Shown here in pieces: positions 9,858-17,057 of a stretch of DNA of 64,000 nt. The notes beneath the pieces are model-generated. The model saw only the letters and a program-made list of their open reading frames with translations. It ran no database searches and had not been told where the DNA came from. Both the position numbers and the translations under genes were made by a program. The DNA comes from Candidatus Pelagibacter sp. (GTDB taxonomy: Bacteria; Pseudomonadota; Alphaproteobacteria; Pelagibacterales; Pelagibacteraceae): assembly GCA_036012475.1 (NCBI GenBank), contig DASCPI010000012.1, positions 3,934 to 67,933 of the forward strand, read 5' to 3'. Numbering within the stretch: the first letter of the stretch is position 1; the number at the start of each line of letters is the position of its first letter.

Positions 9858-10003
9858 GTTTTCTTTTTCTGTTTTTCAATTTCTCCAAGATAACAAGGAC
9901 TCGAATAAAGAGGTTTAATTATTTTCTTATTACGCGCTCCTGCTTTTCTATCTATACGTCTGGGAGATTTATTAGTGTACATCAATTTTCTTTTAAAAGT
10001 CAT
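9854..10003 (-). CDS. Unannotated 49-aa protein
   Basis: MTFKRKLMYTNKSPRRIDRKAGARNKKIIKPLYSSPCYLGEIEKQKKKT*; its stop overlaps the racemase start (ATGA) and it fills the gap after the GNAT gene. Confidence 0.55.
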   Translation of the reverse strand: MTFKRKLMYTNKSPRRIDRKAGARNKKIIKPLYSSPCYLGEIEKQKKKT

Positions 10004-10018
10004 TTTTTCTTCTTTTTT

Positions 10019-10471
10019 TTATCTATTATTAATTATCATCCGAAATGGAATCATGGATGAACGATTAAATTTATGTTGTTTATAAAATTTTTGTGCTCGT
10101 ATATTTATTTTATCTGTAAGTAAAGTAATTCGTTTGCATCCTTTCTCGGTTGCATATTTTACGGCATGATCTAATAGCATTGAACCGATCCCTAACTCTC
10201 GTTCGTTAGGAGAAACAACCATGTCTTCAAGTAAAGCAACTCGTTCGCCTAATGCTGTTGATACTGTATACAAAAGTATGACCATTCCAATTATTTTTTC
10301 GTTTTTCTTGGCAATAAAAATATTACCGCTATTATTATTGTTGAGTATCATTTCTAGTCCACGACTTTGCGTTTCATGATCGGGTTTAAACTCAACTTCT
10401 TGAGAAAACAGATAATCAAGAAGAGTGCACAATACAGGAATATCTGACGTTGTAGCTATTTCTATTTTCAT
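10019..10471 (-). CDS. GNAT family N-acetyltransferase
   Basis: LEDMVVSPNERELGIGSMLL acetyl-CoA motif A; AQKFY. Confidence 0.88.
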   Translation of the reverse strand: MKIEIATTSDIPVLCTLLDYLFSQEVEFKPDHETQSRGLEMILNNNNSGNIFIAKKNEKIIGMVILLYTVSTALGERVALLEDMVVSPNERELGIGSMLLDHAVKYATEKGCKRITLLTDKINIRAQKFYKQHKFNRSSMIPFRMIINNR

Positions 10472-10542
10472 GACTAAAACTTATCTCAATACTATAGGAT
10501 TTTGTAGGAAGAAACTGTTAAAAACACTAAACAAACATAAAT

Positions 10543-10679
10543 TAATTGAGTATTTTTATTTGAACTCAATTATTGAGAAGGGGGTCGCTCTTAAAGCGAA
10601 AGCTCCTAAGAGCTCCCCTATAAATGCCTCGTAGGCAAATCCATAATAATGGATCTCTTTTTTTACTAACTACTCAATT
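10543..10679. ncRNA. Candidate multi-hairpin structured RNA (strand and class unknown)
   Basis: GC-rich patch with five perfect short stems, a following T7 run and a 9-bp outer inverted repeat (details under findings). Confidence 0.6.
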
Positions 10680-10701
10680 CACAATTTATTAATTATACCA
10701 A

Positions 10702-10742
10702 CTAAGTATAAGGTGGTGATAATTTCATAAACGCACCTCCTT
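10702..10742 (-). promoter_or_regulatory. Perfect Shine-Dalgarno (AAGGAGGT) plus 8-codon ORF MKLSPPYT; possible leader peptide
   Basis: SD at 10742-10735, 6-nt spacer, ATG at 10728, TAG at 10704-10702. Confidence 0.45.
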
Positions 10743-10903
10743 TGTAGTAAATTAATGCTATCATTATCAAACTGAAAAAGATTGATTGAAATCAATTATT
10801 TAAATGTTAAATATTGTTATAATTAATCCTATAAACTAATGCCGAGTTTCTGGCAGCAGCTATAAAAGGTGTCCGACTTTTTTTTTGACTTTGATTTATC
10901 TCT

Positions 10904-10960
10904 CTAGTTGCAAGTTATCTCACACAATCCTATAGCCAAGATTCCTAAAAGCTTTTTCAT
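10904..10960 (-). pseudogene. Signal-peptide-like gene stub MKKLLGILAIGLCEITCN*, containing repeat copy 2 (10922-10957)
   Basis: ATG 3 nt after the NnrU stop; basic N-terminus and hydrophobic core, then an early stop. Confidence 0.5.
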
Positions 10961-10963
10961 AAA

Positions 10964-11515
10964 TTAAAAAATTGCCATCCCAGCAATATATTTATGAAAA
11001 TAAACTATGATAACATAGACAAACAAACCAATAATAACAACCATAACATCTTTGGTTGAACTATAATTTACAGAGCTGTTAACCGTTAAAACTTTTTTAG
11101 AAAAAATAATGTCAATTAAAGCGTATAATCCAAAAGAAGCAAACAACAGGATAGATCGCAAATCACCATTAGCAATCAGATGGACAAAAGACCAAATGAT
11201 TATTCCAATAAGCATAGGATGTTTAGTAAATTTTTTGATGTTCGTTTGCATATTTGTAGCAACAAGCAAAACTATAGAAATTGGCATCAACATTAATGCT
11301 ATTGCTTTACTGTAAGGTAAAGGCTCCCATATCGGATAAAAATGTGCGTGACTAAATCCATAAATAATAAACAAAAGCCCAACTAAAGAAATTAATGAGA
11401 ATAGCCCTTTGTATTTGTTCTCACCAATTTTATTAATCAAAATTTTTTTTAGAGGAGAAATTGGAACCAAATGAATAATAAAAAAAATTATGATTCCTAA
11501 TATAAGAAAATTCAT
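10964..11515 (-). CDS. NnrU family membrane protein
   Basis: YKGLFSLISLVG, KHPML and HLIANGD motifs. Confidence 0.85.
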   Translation of the reverse strand: MNFLILGIIIFFIIHLVPISPLKKILINKIGENKYKGLFSLISLVGLLFIIYGFSHAHFYPIWEPLPYSKAIALMLMPISIVLLVATNMQTNIKKFTKHPMLIGIIIWSFVHLIANGDLRSILLFASFGLYALIDIIFSKKVLTVNSSVNYSSTKDVMVVIIGLFVYVIIVYFHKYIAGMAIF

Positions 11516-12846
11516 TTTTTTTCAGTATTTGAAAGATCCACTCCAGTTTCAGGATCAAGCTCTATTCCTGCTGGAGTAATGTTTCTTGGAAGAGGAGTAA
11601 ATGTATTATCTGGGTTTTCAGCAACTTGTCTTCTTGCCATCCTGTACAAACCAAACGAACTAATAATTATGTGAAAACCAATCAAGTATACAAAATACCC
11701 ATTAGGTCCTAGTTTATCCATCACAATAGAGCAAAATAAAGGTCCTCCCATTGCTCCTAATCCAAAAACAATTTGTAAACCTCCTCCAGCAGCAACAAAT
11801 TTTTCTTTTGGAACAAAATCATTTGTATGAGCAAGGTTTAATGAAAAAATACAAAGCGTTATACCTGCATAAACTGTTATAATAATAAAAAAATATAACT
11901 TACTTGTTCCAGCATAAGTCAGTAAGTTAAAGTCTTGAAATATATTTATATTTAAAAGCATATGTAGCGCATTTAAATTAAAAAGCTTATCTCCTGATAT
12001 AAAAATTAAAATCAAACAAAAAGCAGCACTAAATAAATTACATAAGACTATTACAATTCTTCTATTATATTTGTCTGAAAGATATCCCACAGGACCTTGA
12101 AAAAAAGCTCCTGCTATTGTTGTTAAAAAAAGTAATATCGAAATTTCAAAAAGGGAGAAATTAATTTTTGTGGCATATACAGCAAACATTGCAAATAATG
12201 CAGAATAAATTGCACCTGTGCAAAATGAACTTACTGCACCTAAAGGAGAAATTTTATAAAGCTCTATTAAATTTAAAGTGCCAATTTTTTTAAATTTTGG
12301 TGCAGGACGTTTTGTAAGCAAAATAGGAACTAAAGCTATAGATAATAAAATAGAAACTAAAATAAATGGTTTAAAACTTGTTGGATCATCAAAATTTAAT
12401 AAAAGTGCTCCACAAGCTAAACCGAAGTAATTTATGATCATGTATACGGAAAGCAATTTTCCTCTAGTTCTATTATTAGCTCTATCATTAAGCCAACTTT
12501 CAGCTACGATGTAACAACTTACTAAACTTAGTCCTGTCAAGAATCTTCCTAATGTCCAAACAATAGGATTTACATATGTTGCAATAATTAAAATACTTAA
12601 TGATGCTGTTGAGGCAAAAGCAGCAAAAACTCTAATATGACCCACTCTTGACACCATGTTAGGAGTTAAATTAGAACCAACGAAATATCCTATAAAATAT
12701 CCTGACATCATTATTCCGGTGGATAAAGAACTAAAGTTTTCTATTACAGATCTTACTCCCATTAGATTACCCTGAAGTCCATTAGCAAGCAGAATTATTC
12801 CTATTCCAGTAAATAAAGCCCAGGTGCTTTTTAATATCTTTCCCAT
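11512..12846 (-). CDS. MFS transporter (YcaD-like)
   Basis: RVGHIRVFAA, ESWLN, RGKLLSVY and LSDKYNRR motifs. ATG at 12846 preferred. Confidence 0.87.
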   Translation of the reverse strand: MGKILKSTWALFTGIGIILLANGLQGNLMGVRSVIENFSSLSTGIMMSGYFIGYFVGSNLTPNMVSRVGHIRVFAAFASTASLSILIIATYVNPIVWTLGRFLTGLSLVSCYIVAESWLNDRANNRTRGKLLSVYMIINYFGLACGALLLNFDDPTSFKPFILVSILLSIALVPILLTKRPAPKFKKIGTLNLIELYKISPLGAVSSFCTGAIYSALFAMFAVYATKINFSLFEISILLFLTTIAGAFFQGPVGYLSDKYNRRIVIVLCNLFSAAFCLILIFISGDKLFNLNALHMLLNINIFQDFNLLTYAGTSKLYFFIIITVYAGITLCIFSLNLAHTNDFVPKEKFVAAGGGLQIVFGLGAMGGPLFCSIVMDKLGPNGYFVYLIGFHIIISSFGLYRMARRQVAENPDNTFTPLPRNITPAGIELDPETGVDLSNTEKK

Positions 12847-12897
12847 TTTTTCAGTGAGTATGCTTTTTGTATAAAAAAGCAAGTAGTTAATTTTCTA

Positions 12898-13758
12898 TTA
12901 TGTTTTTTTTAAGGCTAGAAAGGAATGAATTGCTATGGTTATAATGATTACCACACCGCCAATGATTGTTTCTATACTTGGCTGCTCTTTAATAACTAAC
13001 CATACCCAAAAAGGTCCTAAGACTGTCTCTAGTAAGAAGAACAAATTGACTTCAGCTGCTGTAATATATCTTGGAGCTAATGTTATTAAAACAAAAGGTA
13101 TCGCTACACAAAATACACACATGGTAGGAACGATTAAGAAGTCATTCCCTTTAATGCTTAGATCGTCTACAAAAAACAAACATATTAGGGCAATTATAAG
13201 CTTAGCAGTCATTGCCGAAGGAATTAAATTAGCACTCTTCTTTTTAGACCTTATTATTACAGCGCCGGCAGCAAGACCCATGGCACAGATAAATCCATAA
13301 ACATTTCCTTTAACATCTCCTTTTTCGAATGAATCAATAAAAATGTAAATTACAGCCAATGTTGTAATTGTTATAGCCATCCATGTTTTTTTATCTGGAA
13401 ACTCTTTGAGAAAAACAAAGCTAATTAACGCCGACAGCATAGGAGCAAGACTTACCATTATTAGTGTATTAGCTACATTTGTGTTTTCTATAGATAATAC
13501 AAACAAGATGTTGGTTACAATGAATGTACAAATGTAACCTATACCGTGCCATCCGTTTTCTATTATTGAATAAAAAAGTTTACTTTTTTGAATAATTAAT
13601 AGACCAATAAAAACAACAATAAAAGGTATAAAACCTCGGTAAAATATTAAATTCCAAGACTCAACATTGGACAATCTAATAAGCAAACTATCAGGAGTAA
13701 TAAACATTATTGCTGTAAAAGCCAATAAAGTTCCTTTTTGTTGATCGGCAAGTTTCAT
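12898..13758 (-). CDS. DMT/EamA family transporter
   Basis: Multi-pass hydrophobic; ITPDSLLIR, FLKE, LLETVLGPFWVW. Confidence 0.82.
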   Translation of the reverse strand: MKLADQQKGTLLAFTAIMFITPDSLLIRLSNVESWNLIFYRGFIPFIVVFIGLLIIQKSKLFYSIIENGWHGIGYICTFIVTNILFVLSIENTNVANTLIMVSLAPMLSALISFVFLKEFPDKKTWMAITITTLAVIYIFIDSFEKGDVKGNVYGFICAMGLAAGAVIIRSKKKSANLIPSAMTAKLIIALICLFFVDDLSIKGNDFLIVPTMCVFCVAIPFVLITLAPRYITAAEVNLFFLLETVLGPFWVWLVIKEQPSIETIIGGVVIIITIAIHSFLALKKT

Positions 13759-13820
13759 ATAATTTTTTATATATATTTTTTGCTCTTGCTTTCATACTGA
13801 TCTTTTGGTAATTTGTCATT

Positions 13821-13875
13821 AAGCGCTGATTTAAGTCGAATTGCGGGGCGTTTTTGAAAAACCTGCTAAATAGAT
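13821..13875 (+). ncRNA. SAM-II riboswitch aptamer
   Basis: aagcgc-tgatttaa...ttgc...gcgttt...aaaa..gctaaa fits the SAM-II H-type pseudoknot consensus; lies upstream of bhmT. Confidence 0.85.
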
Positions 13876-13886
13876 GTTTCATATGA

Positions 13887-13914
13887 GCCACCTATTTTCA
13901 GGTGGTTTTTTTTT
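13887..13914 (+). terminator. Intrinsic terminator between the two SAM aptamers
   Basis: gccacct / aggtggt stem followed by a T run. Confidence 0.85.
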
Positions 13915-13932
13915 AACTTTTATAAAAAAACC

Positions 13933-13985
13933 AGGGTATTTAAACAAATTGTGTGCCCCACATACGTCAAAGCACTAAAAAGGAT
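13933..13985 (+). ncRNA. SAM-V riboswitch overlapping the bhmT ribosome-binding site
   Basis: gggt-atttaaac...ttgtgt-gccc...agcactaaaaagga fits the SAM-V consensus; ends just before the ATG at 13992. Confidence 0.85.
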
Positions 13986-13991
13986 AAAAAA

Positions 13992-15062
13992 ATGACTACA
14001 GATAAAAAAGGAAATTTAATTGATAGATTAAATACAGGGCCAGTAATTTGTGCGGAAGGATTTCTTTTTGAAATAGAAAGAAGAGGCTACATGTCATCAG
14101 GAGAGTTTGTTCCAATGGTTTCTTTGGATCACCCAGAAGCATTAGAAAATTTACATAGGGATTTTCAACATGCGGGCTCTGATATAGTTCAAGCTTTTAC
14201 TTATAATGGACATAGAGAGAAAATGCGTGTGATTGGCAAAGAAGAACTATTAGAACCATTAAATAGATCAGCTTTAAAAATCGCAAAAAAAGTTGCTCTC
14301 GATACACCAAAAGGAATTAAACCTAATTTGATGGCAGGTAACATTTCTAATTCAAATATTTGGAACGATAAAGATACTAGTCAAAACAAAGAAGTTGAAA
14401 AAATGTTTTCTGAAATGATTGGATGGGCTGTTGATGAAGGTGCGGATATTTTGATTGGTGAAACTTTTTACTATGCCGAAGAAGCCTACACAGCTTTGAA
14501 AGCAATGAAACAATCAGGACTTCCTAGTGTTATTACAATTGCTCCTATGGGTGAAAACATTATGAGAGATGGCGTCTCCATTTTAGACACTTGCAAAGAG
14601 TTAGAACAAAGAGGAGGGGATGTAGTGGGCATGAATTGTTTTAGAGGCCCTAATACCATGATGCCTTATCTTAAAGAAATTAGAAAAGCTTTAAAATGTC
14701 ATGTAGCAGCTTTGCCTATTAATTATCGAACAACAAAAGAACATCCTACTTTTTTTAATCTACCAGATAATAATGGATGTGCATGTCATACACCTCACAG
14801 AACTCCATTTCCTACAGCATTAGATCCAATGCAATGTAATAGATATGAAATTGGAAAATTTGCAAAAGAAGCATTTGATCTTGGTATAAATTATTTAGGT
14901 GTTTGTTGTGGAGCAAATCCAATGTTGATTAGAGAAGTTGCAGAAGCGGTTGGTTTAAATGTTCCAGCTAGCAAATATAAAGAAAATATGTCTAGTCATT
15001 TTTTGTTTGGAACTCATGAAAGAATTGCAAAATATCAGAAAGATTATAAGGACAAAGCTTAA
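13992..15062 (+). CDS. bhmT: Betaine-homocysteine S-methyltransferase
   Basis: AEGFLFEIERRGY, GMNC and GVCCG zinc ligands. ATG at 13992 follows AAGGA; the track's GTG at 13953 lies inside the riboswitch. Confidence 0.88.
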   Translation: MTTDKKGNLIDRLNTGPVICAEGFLFEIERRGYMSSGEFVPMVSLDHPEALENLHRDFQHAGSDIVQAFTYNGHREKMRVIGKEELLEPLNRSALKIAKKVALDTPKGIKPNLMAGNISNSNIWNDKDTSQNKEVEKMFSEMIGWAVDEGADILIGETFYYAEEAYTALKAMKQSGLPSVITIAPMGENIMRDGVSILDTCKELEQRGGDVVGMNCFRGPNTMMPYLKEIRKALKCHVAALPINYRTTKEHPTFFNLPDNNGCACHTPHRTPFPTALDPMQCNRYEIGKFAKEAFDLGINYLGVCCGANPMLIREVAEAVGLNVPASKYKENMSSHFLFGTHERIAKYQKDYKDKA

Positions 15063-15074
15063 TTTGAATAAGGT

Positions 15075-16556
15075 TTAATTGTTTGAAGCTGTACTTAATA
15101 AAGATAATTGAGTTACTTCATCATCTCCAAGATTGTCAATTGGTTTAACAGGATAATCGCCAGTAAAATAATGATCTGTAAGTTGTGGGTAAGTAATATT
15201 TCTTTTTTCAAATCCCATAGCTCTGTACATTCCATTAATAGATAAAAATTTTAAAGATTTTGCATTAATATATTCACAAATCTCATTATTGTTTTTATTT
15301 GCTGCTAAAAGCTCTTTTTTTGTAGGTGTATCTATACCATAAAAATCAGGAAATTTTATTTCTGGAGAAGCGATTCTAACATGAACTTCTTTAGCTCCAG
15401 CATCATAAAGCATTTTAACTATTTTATGACATGTAGTTCCTCTCACAAGAGAGTCGTCTATGAGAACTATTTTTTTATTTTTTATAGTTGATTTATTTGC
15501 ATTCAACTTTAACTTAACACCAAGACTTCTAATTTTTTGAATAGGTTCAATAAAAGTTCTGCCAACATAATGGTTTCTTATTATTCCTAAATCAAAATTT
15601 CTTTTTACGTATTGACCATAACCAATAGCGGCAGCATTTCCAGAATCTGGAACTGGGACTACTAAATCCGCATCTATATCAGATTCCTTAGCTAATTCTT
15701 TGCCAAAATCTTTTCTATATTCGTAAGCACACTTGCCATTTAAAATACTGTCTGGTCTTGCAAAATAAATATATTCAAACACACACGGTCTTTGTTTTTT
15801 TTCAGGAAAAGGTTTAATGCTTTTTAATTCATTGTTTTCAATGCAAACAATTTCACCATTTTCAACTTCTCTCACATATTTTGCTCCAATAATGTCTAAC
15901 GCACAAGTTTCAGAAGCAAATATATATGATTTATTTAATTTCCCGATAACCAAAGGTCTTATTCCAAACGGATCTCTTGCACCAATCAGAGTGTTTTGAG
16001 TCAAAAAAACTAGAGCATAAGCACCTTGAATTTGAAAAAGAGCGTCAATAATTTTGTCAATTTTTTTCTCTCTTGTTGATTTTGCAATAAGTTGAATAAT
16101 AGTTTCAGTATCGGATGTGCTATAAAAAATTGCTCCAGATTCAACTAATTTATTTCTTAAAGTTATAGCGTTAGTTAGATTGCCATTATGTGCAACTGCT
16201 ATTCCACCTGTATTAGTATCAGCAAAAAAAGGCTGAACGTTTCTTAAAGTTGTACCACCCGTTGTGCTATATCTATTATGGCCAATAGCATATTCGCCAG
16301 GCAATTTTTTTAATACTTTTTCTTTATTAAAATTATCTCCAACTAGACCAAATCTTTTCTCAGAGTGATAATTTTTTCCATCGTAAGAAACAATACCACA
16401 TCCTTCCTGTCCTCTATGTTGCAATGCATGTAGACCTAAAGCAGCAAGGGTAGAGGCATCCACGCTATTGCTTATACCAAAAACTCCACATTCTTCTTTT
16501 AGTTTTGGGTTATATATCTTTAATTTTTTCTTTTGATTCTTTATATTTTTTTTCAT
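15075..16556 (-). CDS. purF: Amidophosphoribosyltransferase
   Basis: EECGVFG, QHRGQEG, GHNRYST, CVFEYIYFARPDS, DDSLVRGTT. Confidence 0.97.
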   Translation of the reverse strand: MKKNIKNQKKKLKIYNPKLKEECGVFGISNSVDASTLAALGLHALQHRGQEGCGIVSYDGKNYHSEKRFGLVGDNFNKEKVLKKLPGEYAIGHNRYSTTGGTTLRNVQPFFADTNTGGIAVAHNGNLTNAITLRNKLVESGAIFYSTSDTETIIQLIAKSTREKKIDKIIDALFQIQGAYALVFLTQNTLIGARDPFGIRPLVIGKLNKSYIFASETCALDIIGAKYVREVENGEIVCIENNELKSIKPFPEKKQRPCVFEYIYFARPDSILNGKCAYEYRKDFGKELAKESDIDADLVVPVPDSGNAAAIGYGQYVKRNFDLGIIRNHYVGRTFIEPIQKIRSLGVKLKLNANKSTIKNKKIVLIDDSLVRGTTCHKIVKMLYDAGAKEVHVRIASPEIKFPDFYGIDTPTKKELLAANKNNNEICEYINAKSLKFLSINGMYRAMGFEKRNITYPQLTDHYFTGDYPVKPIDNLGDDEVTQLSLLSTASNN

Positions 16557-17055
16557 TTGGGAATTCTTTAACTAAGTAATTACTACCTTTTTCAACATAT
16601 GGAAAGGTCCAAGATGATTTGGTATTTAATGGCCAATTATTATAATTATAGAAGATATTAACAGTTGCAAAAATACAAACACAAATAACATACCCTCTTA
16701 AAAACCCAAAAAAGAAACCAAATACTGTATCTAATTTTCCAAGTCCTGAAAATTTAACAGCTTTACTTATTCCTTTATTAATCATAAGTATCAAAAATAT
16801 AACCACAATAAATATTCCAACACCCAAAATAATATCTAAAATATATTCATTATCTATAATATCACTCACATAAGGTTTTATTCTTGGAAATAAAATTAAC
16901 GTAATAACATATGCTAGAAGCCATTTTGCAGCCGCAAGTATACTCAAAACAAATCCTTGTCTTGAGCATTTAATCAAAGATAGCAATGTAATTATTATAT
17001 AAATTAGGTCAAACACGACTATATTTTCATATAGATCTTTAAGATATTCAACCAT
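16510..17055 (-). CDS. cvpA: CvpA family membrane protein
   Basis: Directly upstream of purF; LDTVFGFFFGFLRG motif. Confidence 0.85.
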   Translation of the reverse strand: MVEYLKDLYENIVVFDLIYIIITLLSLIKCSRQGFVLSILAAAKWLLAYVITLILFPRIKPYVSDIIDNEYILDIILGVGIFIVVIFLILMINKGISKAVKFSGLGKLDTVFGFFFGFLRGYVICVCIFATVNIFYNYNNWPLNTKSSWTFPYVEKGSNYLVKEFPNEKKYKESKEKIKDI

Positions 17056-17057
17056 TG

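Noticed and set aside
10425-10634. 69-aa plus-strand ORF
   Set aside because: Overlaps the GNAT start and the hairpin element; no motif; the RNA structure explains the sequence better.
10575-10664. Multi-hairpin element as a tRNA or CRISPR repeat
   Set aside because: No TTC T-loop, 7-nt anticodon loop or CCA end; no repeat-spacer periodicity.
6766-10960. Segment as an IS, integron or prophage
   Set aside because: No transposase, integrase or phage gene, and no terminal inverted repeats or attC-like sites seen.
13691-13891. 66-aa minus-strand ORF
   Set aside because: Antisense to the SAM-II aptamer and overlaps the DMT gene.
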